Origin: Pocillopora damicornis
Lineage: Eukaryota
Direction: 5' to 3'
NCBI RefSeq assembly: GCF_003704095.1
Contig: NW_020847569.1
Coordinates: 434,001 to 498,000 of the forward strand
Length of the DNA stretch: 64,000 bases
Under the pieces are notes generated by a model that had not been told where the DNA came from, ran no database searches, and saw only the letters and a program-made list of their open reading frames with translations. A program made the position numbers and the translations under genes. Positions 45,507 through 57,400 of this stretch are shown here, piece by piece (position 1 is the stretch's first letter; each line of letters opens with the position of its first letter).

Positions 45507-48500
45507 ATGGCGACCAGAGTTTTGAGGAAAATTCTTCAGGGTAGAGTAGGAACACTCATTTTGTGTCCAACTGACTGTAGACGCTACATAATACCTGGCG
45601 TAAGATATTTGTGTTCAACTGTTAGGGACGCTCGTGAGGATTTTCATCCAAGTCTTCCTTTTCCAGAGCGCGTAAAGAACATTCGACCGTTTTGTGAGAC
45701 ATTGAGTGCACCAAATGAAGTTTTAGAGATGTTTAATCAATTTATTATTCTTCCTGAACAGCATATGATAAAAGCTCTAGATTATTCACTAAACTGCCTG
45801 GTTCATTATGACAAAATCGACGCAGCTTTTGAACTGAAAACTCTCATGGAACAACTTAATATCCCGAAAAGTCACTCAACTTATTCTGTTCTTGCCAATT
45901 TGTACTCGAAGTCCAATCATCCCAAACATTCTATGAAAAGCTTGTTTGATGAAATGCTTAAGGACGGTCTAACTCCCAGAGCACGCCATTTTAAACCTTT
46001 TGTGGAGATGGAAGCCAACAAAGGAGATCCAATGGATGCATTTCGATGTTTGGATGATTTGCGTCACTCTGGGGTACTTCATGAACGAATCGTGGATATC
46101 TATATAACAGTTGTTCGAGCTTGTGTGGGCAAAGTGAGTAAGCAGTTAAAGAATAAAGTGTTGGAATTGTTTTACGACATTCGAAGATATCGAGACTTGC
46201 TGAGCATTGAGGCTCTGGAGACAATCAAACTATGGTTTGACAGGTAAAGAAAGACAGAGCAATGTCATTCGTGTGAACTTAGTTGTAACTGGTGAATTTG
46301 CCTCCTTAGTTTGCCCCCAATCACCTTTGCGAGATTGCATTCAAACATAAAAAGAGTTTGCCCCCAACTTAGCTGGTTTGCCCCCCAGACTTAGTGATCC
46401 ATCTTTACTTTATTGGGGCATTTTGCAAGAAATGACAGAGTTTTACATACAAAAATGGTAGAAATAGGCAGGCATTTTGTTGGCTCAGGAATCATCAAGT
46501 CCAAGAATTCATTCAAAAATAAGTGAACAGTCATATCCCTAATAAAGTGATATACCATTCCAGCCCAATGAAGTCCACTGTTCTTTAAATCATAACCCCT
46601 CAGAAAATAATCTTCCCTTTCAATAGAGTAGTGGAAAGGTTAACCCTTTAACTCCCAAGATCTCATTAGAAATTCTCCTTACTGTCTGCTAAATGATTCT
46701 CATTTTGTTAGTTTGGAGAATTCAGTATCAAATCAATTAGTAATCCCATAATTTATATTTTTCATTATTATCATCACTTGTCTGCTTGTATTGTATAGAT
46801 GCGGTAAGGAGAAATTCTGTCTTGGTCACTCACAGGAGTTTAAGGGTTAATTGTCAGATACACTAAAAGATTGGGAGGGGAGGGGTAGGTTATTCACTGA
46901 TTTTGAGCTCACTAGAGGTGATGCTTTCATAATTTTATCTGTCTAGGTATTTAATTTGGGTGGAAGAATAGGAGACTTAATTCTTCTGTTTTGGATAAAT
47001 TGTTAACCTGTTAAACCCTAAGAGTGGCCAGAATCTTATTTCTCCTTAGTGATACAACTTAACCATCCATAATGAGAATAAAGGAAATGATTGCCAACCT
47101 TAAAGAAGTTTTGATCCTCAAATGAATTCTCCTTGTAGGTAACAAAAGAAACATGTAGAGAAGAGTGTAGAGAATATGGATACTGATCTTAGGGTGTAAA
47201 GGGTCAATGACAGGATCATTTACAACATGGTTATCCTTGGATCCCTGCTGTTCTCTATGTATTTCTTCGAGTGCTAACAAGAAATTTGTGCAGCAGGTCT
47301 TTTCTTCTACTCTTGTGAGCTTAAGTGTGATTCAGGGTTGATATTGTAAGGAAAAAAATTAGATGTTGGTTACTCCTAGAGGTCAAAGGATATAGTTCTC
47401 AATTAACCTTCAACCTTTCCATTACACTTTTCAGTCTAAAGGACCCAAAGTGGGTAACAGCTTGGTCTTCTCCATCAGCAACGTAAGGAAATTTTCATAA
47501 TATTTTTTTGTGGTGTAAACTTTGTTTTATATTATTTTGAGGACCTTGTCATTCATTGTTATACCTGAAGTCAAAGGGAAATAAAATTTGTATGAAGTTT
47601 AAATTGAGCAACTCTGTATTTTTCAGGATAATTTAGTATTATCAACTGAGTTGATAGTGTAAATTGGTCACCATAAAGAGTTTAAAAGCTGATGTTTTGA
47701 TGATAACCCTTTGTCAGAGTGATTGGAGGAATTTTGGGTTGTATGTGTTTATATGCAGAAAGTGGAGCTATGCTATTGAGGGAATATGGTGACTAGAAAA
47801 CAGGAATAAATTAGTTGAATGAAAAGCCCTTGTTGATACTATGAGCATCAAGAGTGCCGATTTGAAAGATCGCGGCTTTCCCAACTAGCCTAGATGTAGG
47901 AAAGGTCACAAACTGCCATATGCTGCTTGGAATGATTAGAGAGATTACAGTGTCTAGCGACTGGTTTGGATGCATCCTTGTCATTTCTTTCTACATAACA
48001 AAGGTGTTCTTGAAATTGGTCACCCAGTCATCTTCCTGTTTTGCCAATGTATTTATCAAATGTGGCTACACTATAATATACTTGTAAACTGTCCCATACA
48101 AAATGTGCATGTTTCATTTCATTGATCATGGGCATGTGCCGATTAATTTTTCAACAAATGTCAAAAGTAAGATCAGTTTAAGGTTTTCTGAACCTTTGGC
48201 GTTCAATGGCTTATTTTTGGTTTGTTTCTTTTTCAGATACCACTGCCAAGCCTGCAAGCAAAAACTAGAAACTGGGAACTTTACTGAAGAAGAACTGCAT
48301 GAGTTGAAGGACCCCCTTATCTCACATGTGTTGAGGAATCGCAAAGTTCTCTCAGAAGTGCGTTGCCACACTACTGCTGGAAAGTATGTGGATTACATCC
48401 GACCAGGACATTCTAACAGATTTCCTAACAGTGTGGTCAGATTTATAGAGACAACAGGACACTATGACGTAGTTTTGGATGGACTCAATTTAGCTTATTA

Positions 48501-50304
48501 CTATCATCATTTTGATGCTAAAAAGGTACATTCAATGTATTTTTTATCTGTTGTGTGCCTGTGAGTAGGTTGTGTTGGTTGCCTCGTAGGGTAGTGAGGG
48601 GAGGGGATGGTAAGCATTTCTAGCATTCCTCACAGTGTTCCTGTGCCCTTGTCTCCTAATCTTGGTGGCAAAACATAGTAGACTGATGGGAAAGAAAAAA
48701 TGTTTCCTTTTGTGTGTTAACCATAGGGCTATCATGTCTCTTTATTTTAAAAGAGTTTTACTTTGGATGGGTACTTATATTGATTTGTCCTTATTTATGC
48801 AGTTGAAAGCTGTGGCTGAACATTTTCTGAAGCAGAAAAAGAGGGTTTTGGTTGTGGGTTCATGGCCAATTTCACTGGGTCACATTAGAAGACATGACCA
48901 AAATTCACTTCCTTCAGTAATGGATTTTCTGAGAGTACACTGTGGTGTTTTCTGTTTGGCAGCAAGGTAACTCATCTCCTACTTTTGTTGTTCTTCAATT
49001 ATAGTGCTTGTGGGAAATACCTGCAGTATATCCCAATGATTTTGATTACTTGATTGTGGTTTCCATATGCTCTTGCAGGTCTCTTCAGTCATCTTGAAAA
49101 TGTTTAAGGAGGCTCTATAAATAAACAGTACCAAGATATACACTGTCACTCAAATGTAAATTGACATCCTTGACTTGAAATTTGAGCCTAGATTCCTCGC
49201 AAGTCTCAAGTTTCAAAGCTTGAGTTTTAAGTTGATTTTTCAGAATTAAGAATCAAGGGTTGAGTCTTCAGAAGCATCTAGCAAGGACATGTTGTAATGC
49301 TAATGAGCAGAGCAACAGTCATGTAAATACACATATATTTAACACTTTTAAGATTGTTTTTGTAATCATACACAATTCTAACTTCAGGGCATTGGATGAT
49401 GTCTATCTTCTTAGTGCTGCTATGCAGTGTGGCCCTGGCACCCTACTTGTCTCCTCAGACATGTTCTCTAACCATCTGCAAGGTATGGAGTCACTGATGA
49501 AAGCCCAGTTCACCAGATGGCAAGAGCTGTATCAAGTGAAGTTGGCCAGTTTTGTGGGTGAACAACCCTTGTTTGAGGTATGTACTAGTTTTAGAAGGGT
49601 CTACAGTGAACTTTGTTTTAATCTGACAGGTGCAGAATTCACATCAGTATCTGCTTAAAAAAGGATCTCTGCTCAATAAGGGTTTATTAAATTGCATAAT
49701 AATAATTCATTTAGTTGTGAACCTCAAGTTGACTAAACAAACTAATTGTGAATCTTTCATATCTGGCCTTTTCAAACTGATTACCAAATACTTGGTCATT
49801 TTATACTGTAATGTAACCCTTTTCACCCTGACACTGTTCTCTATACATTTCTTAAGGGTCTGAAAAGGAGAATTTGTTTAACAGTCAAGACTTCTTTGGT
49901 TGTTGATCATTTCCCTTATTCTCATGACCTCAATGTTTGATTCAGGGCTGACATTGTCAGGAGAAATTAAATGGCAGTCACTCTTAGGGGTTAAAGGGTT
50001 AATAAAAATGAAACTCACAATTTCTGTGTGCTGCTTAGTACAGCTAAGTTTTTCCAGATATCATTGGAGACAAAACTTATCTTGTTGATGATTAAATGCA
50101 TGTAACCCAATTATCACAGCCCTAACAGTGTCACATTCTCCAGTTTTGTATAGTGGCACAATTATTCATCCTATCTTATTCTTGTAGAGTGTGAGGAGAT
50201 TTGACCACCGTGTACATGTTCAAACAACAGGAGATACTTGGCACTTTCCAAGTAGTGATGGGAGCAAGTGGCTTTGTGTCAGAAGAGAGGATCAATCCCT
50301 ATAG
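45507..50304 (+). CDS. PRORP: Proteinaceous RNase P catalytic subunit (PPR + Zn + NYN), 6 exons, ~514 aa, probable mitochondrial presequence
   Basis: Exons 45507-46243, 47435-47482, 48237-48525, 48803-48966, 49388-49577, 50188-50304 (1545 nt, in frame). Motifs: PPR-like helices, IKLWF, CQAC, YDVVLDGLNLAY, LDDVYLL, LVSSDMFSNH, VQTTGDTWHFP, KWLC. Arg-rich N-terminus with no acidic residue in the first ~20 aa. Confidence 0.93.
47630..48140 (-). mobile_element. Penelope-like element 3' fragment (GIY-YIG endonuclease end plus pLTR with decayed hammerhead) in PRORP intron 2
   Basis: Minus-strand translation with stops: YIGKTGR*LGDQFQEHL..VERNDKDASKPVARH.NL.NHSKQHMAVC...IFQIGTL..HSIN..FSFN, followed by the tatcaactgagttgata pLTR. 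Confidence 0.85.
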
Positions 50305-51451
50305 GAAAGCCATGTTTGGGAATCTTCTTGATATGATAAAATTGTCATGTTGCTATCATCAACAATAAGATTTGTTTTGACAATTAAAACAAAGTAATTC
50401 CTTGTTTGGATGTGAAGTGTTTGTGGAGCTGTGTATCCATATTAGACTCTTTCCTAAAATTTTTGCACACTTGAAAGTGTGTGTGTATTTCAGGATAAAT
50501 GTTTTTGTTTGTTTTTGTTTCCCAATCTGTGCTTATCTTTTCAATCCTTCTCTGTCCTTGTTCCCTTTCTACTTTTTTTTTCTTTTCCTCTTGAAATCTG
50601 CATCATTTATCCCTTAATGGTTTCCCTTCAATAAACAACGATTTTAAACAAAATTCAGAAATAACAAGCAGTAAAAAAAATTTTATTTACAAACACTGCG
50701 GTTATTTGTTCAATTGCTAAAATACTAAATAAGGATACTCTCATTGTTTATCAATACTCATTCTCAACAAGTATAAAATTAAACTGAAATTATTTCATAA
50801 ATTGATCTGAATGAAATTACATGACCCCAAAGCTGTTGGCATATCAGTATTTATGAATATGGGCATTTGGACAATTTTCTGAATTGAACTGGACTATTCT
50901 ATGATTAAACTCTTTTCAAATTACTTTTGGAAAAACCTGTAGACCTTCAGTCATGCTTTCTTACATATCTGACATAAAAAGATTTCTCTCGTAAAAATTT
51001 GTTTTCTTTCTTTTGTTTAAACAGAAAACAAAATTTTTCCCTTTGTCCCATTACTTAATGCTTAAAAATTATCATTGTCAAATCTTTACATACCCTAAAA
51101 TCAAAAATTTTCCATACTTGAGAAAAAAATGCTAAAAACTGTTCTAACCTTATATGCAACAGAGATTACCAACTTTAGTACTTATTGGCAACTATCTTAT
51201 TTAAATAACACAACAGAAGGGCTTTTAACACAGCTTGCCCTAACTTATCGCTGGGGAATCTCTCAATCTTTCTAGTGGAACAAAGGTCTAGCACACCCAC
51301 CTTGAGAGAATTGTGGGAATAATGCATGACAGATCAAGGAACTACAACCTTACTCCCTAGTCGAAAACAACAGTTATTGAAGGGAGGACACAGAAGAATC
51401 CGTTGGTCAGGATTTCAGTCTCTGCCAATGAGATGCCATAGTTGATATTTG

Positions 51452-54400
51452 TCACCGCCTTGACATACCCCTTCCACGCCCTGCCATTTTAAGGGAGTGC
51501 TGATAGACTGGATTCTTCAACCCTGCCATAAACAGATGAATGAAAAAAATAAACAAAACCATAAAGAGTGAAAGTCATTAGAAGTTCAGTAGATCAATGA
51601 CAATTCCTGAATAAAGACAAAATGAAGAATTAAGTTTTCACTTGTCTCTTATTCCAGGATAACAGCTCACTTCTGTCTGAACTATAAGCCCCTGGAGTAA
51701 AACAAGGAGTGGTAAACTTTCCAGGTAACTTGGCTGCATTCTCTCATGGGGAGAGTAGATCTGATGAGAAACAGTCACTACATATTCCAAAACCTAAGCC
51801 AAGCCTAAGCTGTGTGATCCAATTCCAACCTTAAAGCTTGCTGATTTCTTCTTGTTAATGATGGCCTTCTCTCACTGGTTATTTTTGTTAAGTAAATTTT
51901 CTGATGTCTATTAATCTATCAACAAAAGAGTGACTGTGTTACCCAACCCTTTACACCCTAACATCAGTATGCAAATTCTCCAGACTGTTATCACATATTA
52001 TCTAAGGTGATGATAAGGAGGATTTGTTTAACAATCAAGAGTTTCTTTACCAGTTGATCATTTCCTTCATTCTTGTAACCTTAATGTGTGATTCAGGGGT
52101 GATATTGTATGGAGAAATTAGATGCTAATCACTCTTAGGGGTCCAAAAGTTGACCTACCTTTCCCACCTACGGTTGTCCAGTCATCATTTTCTGTTCCTT
52201 CTATTACCCCAGTAACCTAAAAATTTCCAAATTATTATTTTCATGACAGCAAGAGGTCTTATGAGTGACCAAGGAGCAATAACTGAGGAAATGATGCAAT
52301 ACAGGTTTTTTACTTAAGGAAGTTACCTTTTTGTCACAGACATGGGAAAAGCAAAAAAACAAAAAAAACAAAAGCAAAAACAAAAAACAAACAAACAAAC
52401 AAAAAAGAGTTCCCTACAAAAAAATAGAACCTTAGACATTCATATTTAGCAGCCTGACACTATTAACTGAGGGGCATAGAATGCATTGGTAAGCTTGGCC
52501 ATTTTTAGCCCAGGTTTTTTGAAACATAATTTATATACATTCCACTCACTTGTCAAATGAAGAAAGATAAATAATTAATAATTAATATATCAATGACTGT
52601 CACAAAAGTTGTCAATTCATGAAGGTAAAACATCATGGCATGCCGCAAAATGGTAGTAAGAAGCTAGTATGGGAACTTCTTTCCAAACAACTGGCAACTG
52701 CAATTGTGTTACCTCAGTAAACTTATTAGCTGCCATATTCTGTGGTGGTTGCTGTGACATGGGTGGACCAGTAGCTTGGGTGGAAAAGGAACACACAGAC
52801 TGCTGCACAGTTGGTCTGCCCCTCCCTTTGGGTGGTGCCTGCCCCGCCTCTTTTAGAAGCTGTAACTCATGAGTTTCTCTGAGCTTCTGATGGTCAGTGG
52901 CACTTCTTACAGCCATTGGTTTGTTGGGTGTTGGGTCAACTGGTTAAAAAGTTAATAGAAAGTGGCTTTCAATGTAAAATAATCAATATTTAAATTTATC
53001 CATATCAGAAAAATTATCTCAGCTATCAGAAAACTACCAATCAGTTATGCAGTTAGAGCCCAATTCTTGTAATCCACATTTCAAGTTATTGACCCAAATA
53101 CAGTTGAAAAACAATCATTCAACCCATAATATTTCCATAACCAAGGGTTACAGTTCTTTTTGATACCATTTGTACATTCTTTTGTTCTTTTTTAGGAATC
53201 ACAAAGTGACAAAATTGAAGATGATAGACACATTGCCATTGTCATGATAATAACAAAATTAAACCATTATGGGGTAATCAAAATTTATTCATGACATGCA
53301 ATTAGACCCAACGCATGTTATTGTATCCAACACTTTTCATTTGACACAAAATTATTAGAAGTTTGTTCAACTACTCATTGTGCACAACAGTTTTTCTTCA
53401 TTACTCATGTCACCTTTAGTTGCCAATGCTTGAGGTACAACTTAAATTTAACTTGACACAAGAAGGCAATAGCATTATGTTAGAGTAACCTACTAAAAAA
53501 CCAAAAATACAAATAAAAAGTAATTTAGTGTTATCAAGAGATGAAAAATTAAATTGGCCCCCGTAAAGATTTTAAAGGCTGACGTTTTGAGTGTTTCAAG
53601 CATTAGCTAACACTTGAAATGTCAGCCTTTAAACTCTTTATGGTGGTGGCCAATTTACATTTCCAACTCAGTTGATAACACTAAATTACCCTCTTATACT
53701 CTTCCCTGACACTGCACCACAGTTTCTTTAAAAACTTACTCCCTTTATCTTCTGACAAAAATCTAAGTTAACAATAAAGACACAAATTTAAGTGTTTCAA
53801 CTGTTGGTTCAGAACTGATTTTCCCATTTACCATACATGGCCTCTTTTACCTTTATTTGAAAAATTATGGCAGCACAATCCAAAATGACATTATGATGAA
53901 ACTTTAAAGCAGAAGCTACACAAGACATTGACCAAGGTCTCTTACCCACAGGAATGTTGAGACCCAGCACAGCATGCATGGCAGCATCATGACGCGCTTC
54001 TTTCTTAGTTGAACAGTACTTCATGGATTTAAATATCTGACCCTTCACAAAACATTGTGCCCCAAAGCCTCCATCAACTCCAGGTGCTTCACTATATTTG
54101 GGAAGATTGATTTTGTTTTTTTGACAGTATAGATTCAGGATACTGACAAAGTCAATGAAACTACCTGGAAAAAATAAGACACACAGAAGGAAGAACTTAC
54201 TTTGTAAAGCTCATCTTAGACATAAGTTGCCAACTTTAAGTCTTCACTTTACCAAACAGCAGGCTCACCTGAAGTGCTAAGTAAACTGTACTGTTTTGCT
54301 AAGGCCTGTACCCTCTCTTCATTTGTCATTTCAGGTTCTTGATTGACCCTAAAAAAAGATATCACATAGCATGTTTGAAAACCCATCCCACAGAAAAAGC

Positions 54401-57400
54401 TACCTAAAGAAAGTTAACCCTATAACCCCCAGAGGTTATTAACATGTAACTTCTATCAATTATATTCACGCAGAATTTTGTAAACAGGTAATGAGAATAC
54501 TCAAACTTATCGGGTAGAAGTTGTTATCTTGATCTAACACCAAATTCCTATGACTAATTTAATAGGAAATGTGTAGCAGCAAGAGGGGAGAATCAACAAT
54601 CAGATTTTGGGAGTTAAAAGGGTTGACTAAATGTCCAGTTTTCATGACCTGAGAAACTTAGAAGTTGTGAGTTATATGATATATTTTGAAGAAATACTCA
54701 ACTTAAAAATCAGCCTATCGGACACTTGGCAAGTTGGGTGTTGACTATTCTACTATTTCAGGATGTAAACAGTGAAAAAATAAATGAACAAAAATTCAAT
54801 TTTTCAAAATATACAGCTTATTATACTGGTAAAAAGTAGAATGCTTTAAAGCTCAAATCTAACCCTTTAAGAAGTTATTAGTAATTCTATTTTGTCATTT
54901 AACTCTATTTAAGACTTACCAAGATTGTAACAGAGCCACAAAATGGCTCCCAGTTAGAGAAACAAAGAACCAAAAGACAGTTTTTACTATAGTTTCAGTC
55001 CTTGAAGATATAACTTTTACCACTCACTGTTACAAGAAATACCTATGAAAGTTTCATTCAATCTATGTTGTTTGTGCACCTTTCAGCTTCTCGTCGTTCA
55101 TGTCTTTTCTGTGCTCTTTTAAAGTTTTTCTTCTGTGCGGCTGTCATGCTGCAGTGATGTGTTAAAAGATAATTAGAAGACAATCATTCATACTCCTCAC
55201 CCCTCTCCCATTTCATTTCAGTAACAGGTGGAAAAGCCCCATGTTACTTTTGAAGCAACTTCTCCCTATCTATCACAGTTAAATTTGAGAAAACTTGTAA
55301 GGAGAATCCAGCAATCCATCTGATGTCACTTGGGGCTTTTTTCAGGTTCCCCTTCAATTTCTCTAAGTTCAATCATTCATACCTAATTTCTCACTGAAAT
55401 ACACAAGGCAAGGTACCAAAATTTAACTCTTTTCAACAATGGGTAGCATATCATACTGCATTAAAAAATAGCAAAACATTTCAGGACTTTATAGAACTAC
55501 TACTTGTAAGAAAATAACCTCCTTCTGGTGGAAAATGGTTTGACTCTATGGCATGTTAGTTTCTGATGTTAACTGCAAATGAAAGTTATTCAAGTGCAAT
55601 GCATACCAGAGCATGTTACTTCACACAATGCCTAAGGGGCACTCTCATTTCTTCCTTTTTAGCGAATCCCCAACCAGTTTTTCTTATCTGTTTTCTCAAC
55701 TGATAGTTGGAGAAGCTGAGCTGGTTTATAAAAATTTCCTTTAATTCTCTTACCCTGAGGTCTCCATAAGTTTAGGTTTAGCATGAGCCTGGGCTTGTAC
55801 AACTTGAATCACCTGCAAAACGTCATATCCATCGGTAGAGTCAGCTTGTGGCTCAGGAGCAAGGATTGAAAATGGTTGCCTATCAGCCTCTGAAATCAAC
55901 AAAACAAGGTAGAAGTGAATTTCATTTCTCTTTCTTCTACAGCCTGCATGACTAATTATTACACCACTCTTTCAAAATAAGAAATTTGTAGAGATAAAAT
56001 TATGAGTTTTGAATAAAATAAGACTGGTGAAAAATCATGCATACAAATGATTGATTTTTTAAATGTTCAAAGATGATGATTTACATACAAAAGACAATAT
56101 TAGTCAAGATAAAATTTCCCTTTATTTTTTAGCATTCAAACAAATTTTAAAGATGGGTCAAAGGACACATACATGAAAGCATAGCAGTTAGCGCACTCTA
56201 TGTCAGCCAATGAGATTCAAGAACTTTATTCAGCACATTCCTCACATGAAATTAACACTACTAAGACTAAAATGTCACTTTAGACAAAATAAACTCGGTG
56301 AGATAACTTGATGATGATTTGTCACACGTCTGACAGAATAATCCTTCAAACAGATGAAGGCAATGTAAGATAGATTCCACCATTGTACAGCTTGCATGGA
56401 AACTTATGCTCCCCTCTTCTGCTGCTATCTTGCAGAACCTATCCTACAATACAACTTACTCACTTTTTTCAAACACAGTTATCACTAGTATTACCCAATG
56501 ATGGAAATGAAGATCATCTAATGCAAGTCTAATAATCAAGAGCAAGGATGTTTTCCCTGTAACTGACAGAAGCATACATGTACTTAAAAAAGAGATTCTA
56601 ATTTCATGCTGAAAGAATTGGAGCTTTGAATTCTCTACTACTAACTTAGTAGTATAATAGATCTGTGACACTTAATTGGTTGCAGAAAGAAAGATATTCA
56701 ATTGAGTAATTGACAGCAAAGCTCCAGACTGTAGTCCAAAATTGAAGCTCTAACAAAACATACCTATTTCCCAATCCTCAGTTTCATCAGGTAGTACTGC
56801 TTGGGTTGGCTGTGGTTGTTGTAATCTCTTCTCCTCCACAATTGACTGAAGGTAAACTGTAATATAAAATATACCTGTAGATCAACTAAGGATAAGCATG
56901 CTTGTGACAGACTAAAAGGCTCACAGAAAATGTCCATTTTTCTTTGTGGCATTCGTTGCTTCAATAATTCACTGGTTAAGAAATAAAATTAGTTTTTTTT
57001 ATTTTTAAAACATTCTAAAAAATTGCATAGGTATGCTGGATTACAAACAACCAAGCCTTAGAAAAATAATAAACAAGGGAGGCCTCTGAACTCACCTTCC
57101 TCAATGTCTTGTCTGATCATATCCTGAAATAGCATTTAGCAAAACAATTTTACATCAATAATAGTTCTTTTTACTGCGAGAGCCATCTTGTCAAAACAGA
57201 GAGATCATACTATTCTTTTACAGACTTCTTATCCAACTGAATAAATAAATATCAAGAAAAGTAAAAAAAACTCTTTCAATACAGTTAAATAGTATTATAT
57301 ATCAGTGTTGATCCAGCCTCAGAGATTGGGAAATCATTCTGCTACTATGCAAAATTTCTGGCCTTATTCAACAGCACTGGCTATTTATTCAGATGTGGAG

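Noticed and set aside
56764-56964. 66-aa minus ORF as a GTSF1 exon
   Set aside because: It would need a 29-nt intron or ends in a stop; exon 56856-56764 in another frame fits the phases and gives EDWE.
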